Source: Cyanophora paradoxa CCMP329 (lineage: Eukaryota; Plantae; Glaucophyta). From it: 39,375 nucleotides of DNA. Positions 29,050-39,375 of this stretch are shown here, piece by piece. The translations under genes and the position numbers were made by a program. The stretch is taken from the NCBI GenBank assembly GCA_004431415.1, contig QPMI01000608.1, positions 1 through 39,375 of the forward strand, in the 5' to 3' direction. Positions within the stretch are counted from its first letter, which is position 1. Each line of letters begins with the position of its first letter. The notes under the pieces are model-generated. The model had not been told where the DNA came from. It did no database searches and saw only the letters and a program-made list of their open reading frames with translations.

Positions 29050-31892
29050 TTAGGCGATGCAGACGTTCTGGGTCGGGGCGGCCTTCTCGGCGACGCGGCG
29101 GCGGCGGAGGAGGACGGCGGCGACGGCGACGGCGGCGAGGGCGACGGCGCCGACGGCGGCGCCGGCGATGCCGGCGATGGCGCCCGCCGAGAGGGCCGGC
29201 GAGGAGGCCGCCGCCGCCGGGGCGGAGCCGGCCGCGGCGCCCACGTTCACGGCGCCAAGGGAGACAGAGAGGGTGGCGAGGGCGCCGGCACCAGCGTACG
29301 CGTCGGCCGAGTCGCGGGTGGCACTGGGGCTCGGGAAGGCGGCGAAGATGAGGTGGTCGTTGTCGCTCTGGGCGTCCCCGACCTTGTCCTTGGCGGCGGC
29401 CCCGAGGACGTAGGCTGCCGCTTCCGCCGGGGTCGCTCCCGGGTTCATCTGCGGAGCTTCCAGTCAGAGGTGGCCGGCGGCGGGGCGGGCGGGGCGGGGC
29501 TGGCCGAGAGGTAGAGGGCGAAGACGCCGGCGACGAGCGGGGTGGCCATCGAGGTCCCCGAGATGGTGTTCGTCGCCGTGTCCGACGAGTACCACGCCGA
29601 CGGGATGCTCACGCCCTGAGCGGCGACGATGGCGGGCCAGTCAGGCACATGCAGCGGGCTCGACTTCGACGACACAGACCACTCACCGGGGCGAAAATCT
29701 CGACGCAGGGGCCGAAGTTCGAGAAGGAGGCGCGCTGCGGGCGGCCGCGGGAAACGCATTAACGATACCGATGAACACGAGTTCGCGGCCGGCGCTCTGC
29801 GCGCGCTCGAGCGGCGCACAGTGTCCGTGCTATCCGTCGCGCCGACGGTGATGGCGTTGGCAGCGCGCGCCGGCGAGGAGTTGCAGGCTGCGGGTCGGGG
29901 CGGTTGGTGAGAGGGGCGATGAAGCCGACCGCGGAGGCAAGGAGCGAGGAAGACGCGCATGCACCGTCGCTGTTCTCGTTCCCTGCGGCGACGACGGCGA
30001 CGACGCCAGCGCGCACGGCCCTGCAGACGATGCGGGGATCAGCGGGGAGAGCGGCGGAGAGGCTGATCGCGAGCCCCGCCGGGCGGGGCCGCACGTGCTG
30101 ACGGCGGTGTCGATGGGCTCGTAGGCGCCCCCGCCCAGGCTCATCGAAATGACCTGCGGGGAGCTCGTGACCAGGCGGCGACGATGGAAAGAGGCGGATC
30201 CGGAGATCAAGAGGCGAGGCGCGCCATCGGGACGGCGGAATTGTTCTGCTTGCGGGCCGTCACCCAGTCGATGCCGGCGATGACGGAGGCCTGCCCGCAG
30301 CAAAGAACAGTGAGAGCTCGGGAGCTCACATCTGCCGAGGTGCGCGGGGCGGCGCACGAAGGAGCCAGCGCCGCGGCGGTTTAGGACCTTGGTGCCGATC
30401 ACTGCGCGCGACGGGCGTCAAGGACCCCTCGATCGCGAGGGCTGGACCGGATGCGGAGGGCTGGGTGCCGCCAGCGGGGCGCACGCTTGACATTCTTCGC
30501 AGCGCCGTAAGTGACGCCGCCGACTGTGCCGGCGCAGTGCGTGCCGTGCCCTACGGATCCCCGAGTCAGGGCGAGAAGGACGCGGGGGACGCGGTGCTCG
30601 GCGGGGGCACCGTGGCAGTCGTAGGTCGAGCAAGGCTCGCCGATGGCTGCGCGGATTCGGAGTTCGCAGGGTGCCGCGCAGACAGCTGTCGGGCCGGGCG
30701 CACCGTCGTAGCCCACGAAGGCGCGGCCGCCGAACTGCGAGTGCGTCGTGCGGATGCTGCGCCAGCGTCGTCAGCGGCGGCGTGGCGGCTGGCGCAACGG
30801 CGCTCGAGCTCGAGGCCTCACCCGGTGTCGAGGACGTGGCTGCGAGCGCGGCGGACAGGGAGCATTCAGCGAAGCGCGCGGGTATCAGAGAGGAGGCTAG
30901 CGCCGGCGTACACTTCGACGCCGGTGCCATCCGCGAACACGTTGTACTGGCCGTCATACACGCGCTCGATCTGAAGCGGCCCGCGTGCGCGGCCTCGGTC
31001 AGCTGCAGGCACATACATCCAGCGCTAGTGCGCATGCTGAACAGAAGGGCGCGCACGGAGTCGACGCGGTCGAGGTTCCAGGGGAAAGGCGGCGGCGAGG
31101 TGGTGCCTCCTCCCGTCGGGCGGTTGATCGTCACCTGTAAACGTAGCCCGCCCCCAGTCAGGATCTACGTGCAGAAGCGACTGCCGCATTTGGGGCGCGC
31201 GCCTCCTTGTCCTCCTCGACCATTGCGACCTCCTGGCTCTCCCGCAGCCGCTCGGCCAGATGGGCCGGCATCCTGCGCGATGCGAGAAACACCGACAGCG
31301 GTCATATCGCTGGATCTGCTGTGCTGGCTGTGCGCTCGATCATCATCGGATTCAAGCCCTTGAAGTGCGATGCACGTGTACGTGTACCCATGCCCCAGGT
31401 GCAACAGTGGCCGGCGCGCGGCCTGCGCCTGCAGCTGCAGCTGTAGCTGGTCCCGCCCTAGCTCTGGCCCTCGATGCGCACTGCGACACGTCGGCGTACC
31501 GGGCGCAAGTCCGTAGACGGCGTTCCCGTACTCGTAGTCGACCTGGACGCTCTTCTCGAGGCCGGCGGCGACAGCGAGGCCGCGGAATGCGTCCATAGAC
31601 CGCTTCTGATGCTCTGCACGCGCGAACGCCGAGGCGCCGGGGAGGGGCGCTCCGCCCTCCTTGAAAACCTGCGGGCGGCGCGGGAACGAATTAAATTCCA
31701 CTGCGAGCACGCGGCGCGGCCGGCGCGCGGTCTTGCTGAAAACGAGCGCATCCATGGCCATGCAAATAAAACGCGCACGACGATATATCGCTGTTCATGG
31801 GCCTGGGCCACGGCGGCGACGGAGACGAGCGCATGCGCGAGGCAGAGGGCCGCGAGGACGGCCGCGGGAAGGCGCGCCGCACGGAAGCGCAT
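29050..31892 (-). CDS. Subtilisin (S8A) protease with C-terminal transmembrane helix; copy B, inverted paralogue
   Basis: Same motifs and exon order on the minus strand (HVLDTG, GHGTHCAG, VAAGN, SGTSMATP), and an identical C-terminus ...VAEKAAPTQNVCIA. Confidence 0.9.
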
Positions 31893-32151
31893 CGTCGCAG
31901 GTGATTGTTGAATTGCTTAAAGATTCTGCTGCTGCAGTTGGTGCTGCTGCTCGGGCTGGGGGCCGGGGCATGCATATGGGTGACGCCGTGACGGGCTGCT
32001 GGTCGAAGAGAACCAGTTCCCGTTTGGCAAGCCTACCGTTTCGAATTCCTGAAAGCCCACAAAGCTAGGCATGTGCCAGCGCAGCAGGCACGTGCGACAC
32101 GTGCAGAGGCGATTGGGTGTCACAGCGCGGGCCCGGGCGGCCGGGCGGCGG

Positions 32152-33754
32152 CTACTTCTTTGTGGCGCGGACAACGAACATGGGGTCCGTGATCCCTGGG
32201 TTGGGGCTAATGTCAAGCGCCTCCGCCGGCAGGAAGCCGCCTGCAACAGTCGCACGCGGCTCGGTCAGAGGGTCATCGAAGCAGCGGGGAGGGGGGGCCG
32301 GGCCGCGGGCGCGCCGGCGTAGTGGAAGTAGGAGGCGACGATAAGGACGTGGTCCGCGTCGCTCGTCTCCAGCCAGATCTGCGCCCCGCCGGCTCAGCCG
32401 GCGCCGCACCTCGGGACGACCCGGGGCGGCGCTCGGGCCTCGGGGGGGGGGGGTACGGGCCTTGATGGCCTTGGAGGGGAAGCAGCGGTTGGAGAAGGAC
32501 ATGTGGGCGGAGCCGCCGGGGCGGAGCACGCGCGCGATCTCCCGGAACACCTCCAGCGGCTGCCCCGGCCCCGCCCCGCGCGCCCCGAGATCAGCCGGCC
32601 CCGTGGCCAGGCAAGGCGAGCAGGAGCGAGCAGACGTCGGGGCACAGGGGAAAGGAGGATGGGGGACGACAAACAACGCGAGAGGCTCTTAGGAGGGGGT
32701 GGAGGGGGATGAGGAGGAGGAAAGGGGGCCGCGCCGGGGCGGGGCGGGGCGGGGCCGGGGGGCGGGGCGGGTGGAGGGCGGGCGGGATGGACCTTATTGA
32801 GGTAGTCCACGCTGACGACGCAGGTGACGAAGTCGAACGAGGCGTCCCCGAAGGGCAGCTTCGCGTCGACGTTCAGGTCCTGCAGCACGTACCTGCGCCC
32901 CGGCCCCGCGCCCCGCCGTCAGCAGGCGAGGCGGCGGACGACGTCCAGTTCTGGGGCCCGGCGGCCGCACTCGGTGAGCTGCGGGTTCTTCTCGAGCTCC
33001 TGCGGTGGGTACGGGTGAGCGGAGGGGGGGGGGGGGGGGGGCAAGCCGGCGCACAGCCTTGTTCATGCCAAGGCCGACCACCTGCGAGGGGAAGAGGAAT
33101 GGGAGACGGGGGTCAGCGGGACAAGCGGCTCCCAAGGGGGGCGCATGAGCCGCGGGCGGCCTCGAGCGAGCGAGGCGTGCGCACGCGTTTGCCCTTGAAC
33201 CCCTCGGGGTAATGGGAAACCCAGCTGGAGCAGAGGTCCAACACGTCTCCGTGCTGCGGCATCACTGCCGGGCGAGTCAAACGGCGCGGCGCACGCGTCG
33301 GCGGGCCGCGGGCCGCCGCGGCGCACCGCCCGCGTAATAGTTGGTCAGCGCCTTCACAGCTGAGCGGACCAGGCAATCAGAGGCGCGGGCGGACGTTCGA
33401 AGCGAAGCGCCGGCAACGCGCCGAATTCGTCGATGTGGAAGACGAAGCGCGGCTGCGCGTAGAACTCCCCGTCCGAGGACTCGTCCATGCGCTTGAACTG
33501 CTCGGGCCCGAACGGGAACTCCGTGGGAAACGTGACTTTCCTAGGCGTCGGCGCCGCGTCAGCCCCCCGCTGTTGGCCGCGAACGCCCAGGCCAAGCACG
33601 CGCGTGCGGCCGTGGGTGGAGCGCCGCGCAGGGGCCGCGTGCTTCTCCCGCTTCGCAACGTCTTCGCACGCGACGTACGTCTGTATAGCTAGACCGCGGC
33701 GCGGGCGGCGGCGCGTGCGCACCGCAGCAGCTCGCCGACGTCCATGCCGGCCAT
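32152..33754 (-). CDS. SAM-dependent methyltransferase type 11 (cyanobacterial/plant-like family), multi-exon; start uncertain
   Basis: Exon peptides FKRMDESSDGEFYAQPRFVFHID, VLDLCSSWVSHYP, VVGLGMN, QDLNVDAKLPFGDASFDFVTCVVSVDYL, PLEVFREIARVLRPGG, SFSNRCFPSKAI and DPMFVVRA. Confidence 0.88.
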
Positions 33755-33907
33755 CGTGGCAGCGGGGCGACGGGGCAGGCACGCGGCGCAGCAACCCGCG
33801 ACGAGCCTCCTCGCTGCGGCTGCAAATTGAGCCAGGGCGGAAGTGGCTGTACCCCGCGCAGTCGTAAAAAAATAGCCGTTGAGCAGCCGCGTTCTTCGTT
33901 TCCAGCG

Positions 33908-36900
33908 ATGGACGGCCCGCTGCGGACCCGGCAGCCGGATGGCGGCACACCTAAGATGGTAGCCGTAACCCCAGCAAGGCAAGTGCCCCAGCCCCGCCGC
34001 ACAACGGCCACTGACCCGCGGTCTGCAGGAGGTGATCTTCAAGCGCACGTCGTCGGCATCGAAGGCATCTTCTGATGATGCTCCGACTCCAGTGATGAAC
34101 CGCCGACCCCGCGGCTCGGACGAGAACAGGCCGCCCTCGACGGCCAAGTCGTCCCGCATCCCCGGGCCGACGCCGCGTATGCGGCGGGCCGATGATGGCA
34201 TTGGCCGCATGGATAACATCACCAGCATGGCTGATTTCGATGGGTTCTTCGCCCGGGAGTCAGTTGTGTTGCTGGCGGAGTCGACTCCGTGGAACAACCG
34301 GCTCAGGTCTCTGCAGAAGCTCCACAAGGTCTTCGAGCGGCCGGAGATGAAGGAGAGCATTGTCAGCAAAGCAGATGATATGGTCAAGGTCCTGGTCGTG
34401 CAGGTTCGGGCGCTCGGAGCCGTTCAGTGTTTTTGACCGGTCGAGGCCTGACACCGCGGGGGCCTGCGCAGCTCCAGAATTCGCGCACGTCGGTGATGGA
34501 GGAGTCGTGCGCGATCGCGGTTTTGCTGGCGGAGCTCGTGGGGGCGGGCTGCCCGGCCGCCACGCAGGAGCTGCTGCAGGCGCTGGTCACTGCCAACGGC
34601 ACCTTCAAGCCGATGACCGCCTCCCACGTCGCGACCTGCCGCGCGATCACAGCCCTCATCGACCACTGCGCCACGCGCGACTCGGCCCCGGTCCGCCGCT
34701 TTCCCTCGCGCGGATCTATTCTCGGGGCCGACCGCCTGCAGGCGATGCTCGCCGCGATCGAGGCGGCCGAGTCGGGGGGCGCGGAGGGGCGCATGGGCCT
34801 GGGCAAGTTCGCGCAGGCCCTCGCGAAGCACCTCCCGGGCTCGCCGTCCAAGGCGGCCCGGCGCAGCTCGTCCGCGGCCTCCGCGGCCTCCGCCTCCGCC
34901 GCCGCCTCCGCCGGGCAGTCGCCGCCGCGCGCCTCGTCGGCCTCCTGGGCCTCCGTCGTCTCGTCGGGCACGCCGGCCGGCTCCGCGCCCCGCGCCTCGG
35001 CCGGCGCCGCCTCCGCCTCGCGCCTGCGCACGCCCACCGTGCTGGCACACCGGCCCTCCGCCTCCTCCTCGGCCGGCACGCCGCCCTCCAACGGCGCCTC
35101 CTCCGCGGCCGCCACGCCCTCCGCCACCTCCCCGGCCACCCCGGGCCGGCGGCGACCCCGTCGGAGAAAGGCACGCCGGCCCCCGCCACCCCCGCCGCCG
35201 CCGCCCTCGCCACCCCGGCCACCCCGGCCGCTTCCGGCCCCCGCGCCTCCGCCACGCCGGCGGCGGCGGGGGCGCCCGGGACGCCCTCGGTGCGGGGCAG
35301 CGCGGCGGCGTCGGCCCTGACCCCGCCGGCACGCCCATGTCGATCTCGATCTCGGGCACGCCGGCGGCGGCCACCCCGCCGGCCCTCGACCGCCTCTCCT
35401 CCGTCAGCCAGGTGCGGCCGCCGCGCCCCGCCCCGGCGGCGCGGCGCGGGGCGGGCTGACGCGGGGGCAGTTCGTGGGGGAGGTGATCGAGCTGGTCTCG
35501 ACGGGGGCGGAGTCGGTGGCCTCCCCGGGGACCCCCGCCTCGCGCCCCGCCGCGCCCGGCGAGGAGGAGGAGGAGGAGTTCCAGGACGCCGAGGAGGGCC
35601 CCGCCTCGCCCGCCGCCGCCGCCGCCGCCTCGGCCTCCGCCAGCGCCTCGCCGGCCACCCCGGGCCTCGTCGCCCCGCGGCCCTCCGCCGCCTCCGCCGC
35701 CTGCACCCCGCCCGACGTCATCCGCGCCCGCCGCTCCAGCGGCTGGGCCTCCAACTCCGCCCCTCGCCCCAGCCCGTCGACATCCTCCTCGCCTCCCCGG
35801 CGCCGCCTCCCGCCGCGAGTCCGGCCACGCCCGCGCCGCCGGCACGCCGCCGCTGCCGCGCCGCTCCTCCGGCGCCGCCTCCCCGGCCTCGGCCCGCTCC
35901 TCCTTCGGCTACGCGGCGCCGCGGGCGTCTGCCGTGGCGCCCGGGGCTACACGCAGGCGCAGGTGGACGGGCTGCTGCGGGTGGCGCGCGAGGCGGCGGA
36001 GGCGTCGTTCGCGGAGCGGCTGGAGGCCGAGGCGGCGCGGGGGCGCGAGGAGGCGGCGTCGGCGGTCTCCAGCGCCGTCGCCCGCGTGCTCGCCGAGGCC
36101 GGCGCTGAGCGCCAGGCGCCCTCGCCGCCCTCGAGGCCCGCCTCCGCGACGCCGACGCCCAGGCCGCCGCCCTCGCCGACCGCCTCGCCGCCGCCGTCGA
36201 GGCCCGCGCCGCCGCCGAGGACGCCGCCCGCGCCGCCCTCGAGAGCGCACGCGCCGCCTCCGAGCAGGCCGAGCGCGCCGCCGCCGAGGCGAGCCGGCCC
36301 CCGCCCCCTCCCTGGCCCGCCGCGCCGCGGCTGACGGGGACCCTGCGCAGGCCCTCTTCACTGCGGCGGGGCGGATCAACGAGGCGGTCGCCGCCGCCGA
36401 GGCCCGCGGCCGCGCCGAGGCCGGCGCCGCCACTGCCGAGGCGAGCCGCCCGCTCCCCCCAACGCCCCGGCCCGCCTGACGGCCCCGCCGCGCCGCGCAG
36501 CTGGAGGCCCAGCTGGAGGCCGCCCGCGCGGCGCTGGCGGCGGCCGAGGCCGGCGCGGCGCGCGCGGCGGCCGACGCGGAGGAGCGGGCGCGGGGCTTCG
36601 CGGAGGAGCTGGAGGCGGCCATGGGGGCGGCGGCCGTGGTCGAGGCGGCGGCGGCCGACGCGCAGCTCGTGATCGCCCTCGAGGAGGCCCAGGCGCTCCT
36701 GCGCGCCGCCGAGGCCCGCGCCGCCGCCGCCGAGGCCGCCGCCGAGCCGCGCCGGCCGGCCCTTCGAAGGAGGAGGCCGAGGCGCTGGTGGCGGCGGCCG
36801 AGCGCCGCGGCGCGGAGCTCGAGGCGGCCCTCAGCGAGGCCCGCGCCCGGCTCGCCGACGCCGAGGCCCGCTCCAGCGAGCTCGAGGCGCGCGCCGGGAG

Positions 36901-38740
36901 CTCGAGGGTCGCGCCGGCGAGCTCGAGGCGCAGCTCGGGGCCGCCCGCGAGGAGGCGGGGGCGCGCCTGGCGGAGCTCGAGGAGGCCCGCGGCCGCGCCG
37001 CCGAGTCGAGGCCCGCGCGCCGAGCTCGAGGCGCAGCTCGGCGGAGCACGGGAGGAGGCGGAGCGCGCGCTCCACAGCGCCAGCGCCGCGCTCGAGGCGC
37101 GCGTCGCTGAGCTCGAGCGGCCCTGTCGGAGGCCCAGGCCGGCGTCGCGGAGCGGAGGCCCGCGGGGCGTCGGCGCCCGCGCGGACGCCGAGGCCGGGGC
37201 GGCGGAGCTGGCGGCCCGCGTGGCCGAGCTCGAGGCGCAGCTCGGGGCAGCCCGGAGGAGCGGAGCGCGCTGCCGGCGCCGCCCGCGCCGAGGCGGAGGC
37301 GCGCGCCGCGGAGCTCGGGCGCGCCGCCGCGGAGCTGGAGGCGGCCCTGTCCGAGGCACGAGAGCGCCTGGCGGAGGCGGAGGCCCGCGGGCGTCGCCGG
37401 CCAGCGCCGAATCCGAGGCGCGCGTCGCTGAGCTCGAGGCGGCCCTGGCGGAGGCTCAGACGCGGCTCGCCGAGGCCGAGGCCGGTGCCGCGGCCGCCGG
37501 CGCCGCGCGCGCGGCGGAGCTCGAGCGTCGTTGGCGAGGCGCGGGCGCGGCTGGCGGAGGCGGAGGAGAAGGGCGGCGTCGGAGGCGGCGGTGCGGGAGG
37601 CGGAGGAGCGGGCGCGGCGCGGGCGAGCGGGGCGGCGCGGGCGGAGGTGGAGGCGCTGCTGAAGCACGCGGGAGGAGGCGGAGCTGTACACGGCGGAGAA
37701 CGAGGAGCTCTTCGCGCGAGCTGCGCGCCGAGCGCGAGGCGCACGCCACCGCCTCCGCCGACGCCTCCCGCGAGCGCGAGCTCCGCGCCGCCTACGAGGC
37801 CGAGCTCGCCGGGTCCGCCCCGCCCCGCCCGCCCCTCCCCGCCCCTCCCGTCCGGGCCGGGTTCTCACGGGCCGGCAGGTGCGTGGGGATCATGCAGAAG
37901 CTGCAGGAGGAGAAGGAGCGGGCGGGGGTGCAGGTGGCGCGCCTCATCGACGAGACCGTCGAGCTCAAGGCGCAGCTGCTCCGCTACCGCGTGCGCCCCC
38001 CGCCCGCGCGCACGTGCTCAGCCGGGGCGAGGCCGACGGGGCGCCCCGCAGGACCTGGACGCGACCTTCCTCGACCTCTCCAAGCCCGCGACGACCTGGA
38101 GCCGAGGCCCCAAGCTGCGCGCCGCCGCGAGGAGGCCCGCGCCGACGGCGACCGCCGCGCCGAGTGGGAGCGCCGCCGGGGCGAGGAGAAGGGAAGGAGG
38201 CGGCCGGTCTGCGCAAGGAGCTCGACGAGCAGCACCGGCGGTACGAGGAGCTGAAGGAGAAGGCGCAGTCCAAGCTCAGCAGCGTCGAGGCCCTCTACAA
38301 GGAGCTCCTCGGACAAGTACCAGCAGCGCAAGGCGGCCCTCGCCGAGGCGCAGGCCAAAGCTCGAGGCCTCGGCGCGCGAGGCGGGCGAGCGGCGCGCCT
38401 CGCGGACGAGCGCGCGGGACGCTGCCGGCGGGAGCGGGAGGAGGCGGCGAAGCGGGAGGCGGAGCTGCTGCTGCAGAAGGAGCTGCTGGAGAAGCAGTGG
38501 GAGGCCTTCTCGAAGCAGAACGGGGACGCGGTGAAGCTGCGGGCGGACGCGGCGGCGCTGAAGCACCAGCTCGCGAGCTCGACCTCGCAGCTCGCGCAGG
38601 CCCGCGCCGAGGGCGAGCGCCTCACCGCCGAGGCGGCCCGCCTCGCGGCCGCCGTCAAGGAGAAGGACGGCCAGGTGGTGGAGCTCACGTCGCTCGTCGA
38701 GCAGATGGAGTCCCTTCTCAAGCAGCACAAGATCATGTAG
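33908..38740 (+). CDS. Large cytoskeletal-type protein: CLASP_N/TOG-like HEAT region, Ser/Ala/Pro linker, long Ala/Glu coiled coil, TACC-like C-terminus; several apparent frameshifts
   Basis: PWNNRLRSLQKL..VLVVQ|LQNSRTSVMEESC is the TOG/CLASP W..R and R..V pattern. ELEAALAEA-type heptads span about 36500-37800. The end reads RYEELKEKAQSKL...KEKDGQVVELTSLVEQMESLL. The exon structure is only partly resolved. Confidence 0.6.
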
Positions 38741-39375
38741 GGCGGCCCCGGCCGAGCCCCCGCCCACCGCCCGCGAGCCCGAGCTCGCTCTGTATCCTTC
38801 GGCCGTCGCGGCCGCCGCTACTTCCGAGCCGCCGCGGCGGCGTGCGTGCATCATGCGGTCGGGTATCGACCAGAGAGAGACCTGTAGAGCTGAATGCATA
38901 GAGAGATCACTGTGTCGCGCGAGGCCTGTGGGGGGCTAGCGCTAGGGAGCTCGATGCCGGCGGGGCGCCGGCGCGGGCGGCCACGCTCTGAACGAAGGCC
39001 CGAGCTCGCCTCGCGCTCGGAGGCCACGCGCCGCAGCTCCGCGCCTCCTCGGGCTCCAGCGCCGGCCGCATCTGGCGACGTCGACGGTGATCATGCGCTG
39101 GAAGAGGCGCGGAGCCGAATCGCATCGACGGCGAACCTCCTCGCGGTGGTGGGGTGCAGCTTGTACTTCGCCACCGGCTCGTACCTTCCGCGACGCGTCG
39201 GCGCACGTATGCGAACAAACTAGAGAGCCGGGGCGCACCACTCGGGCTCCATGCCGCAGCGGGCGCGGGCCGGCCGTGTTGAACGGCGCCGGAGCGGCGG
39301 CTGCGATCGCAAGCGAGCTTCGAGTTCAGCGGCAGGCGAGAAGGGGAGGAGGAAGGGGCCGCGCGCGCGCGCGCG

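Noticed and set aside
17900-39375. Dozens of long overlapping Arg/Pro/Ala/Gly-rich ORFs in the six-frame track
   Set aside because: Expected from stop-codon scarcity at very high GC. The real genes are spliced and only parts of these ORFs are exons.
38900-39375. Possible 3' exons of another minus-strand gene
   Set aside because: There are some splice-like signals and coding-like patches, but no consistent frame or recognisable motif within the window.

Overview
The window has two sharply different halves. Bases 1-17710 are AT-rich, intron-free and gene-dense. They look like the right part of an endogenous dsDNA virus of Polinton-like-virus size. It carries the C-terminus of a D5/SF3 primase-helicase, an A32-type packaging ATPase, a double jelly-roll major capsid protein with NCLDV-like motifs and two head-to-head penton-like genes. 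It also carries a patatin-discoidin fusion, a 1821-aa phage-style fibre with a Peptidase_S74 chaperone, two paralogous fibre-like genes, a Zn-ribbon protein and a prokaryotic-type AdoMet decarboxylase. The element ends in iteron-bearing palindromes and a perfect 29-bp inverted repeat, exactly inside an intron of a host gene for a secreted DUF4832-like protein. No integrase or DNA polymerase is visible, because the left end lies outside the window. Bases 17711-39375 are very GC-rich eukaryotic DNA with many short introns, often GC-AG. They contain an ARMH1 orthologue, a probably plastid-targeted DEVD-box helicase, an inverted pair of membrane-anchored subtilisins, a type-11 methyltransferase and a large CLASP/TOG-like plus coiled-coil (TACC-like) gene. 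The host looks like a flagellated alga, possibly a glaucophyte (inference only). All family calls come from recognising motifs by eye, and all counts are by hand. No searches were run. Most long ORFs in the GC-rich half are artefacts.
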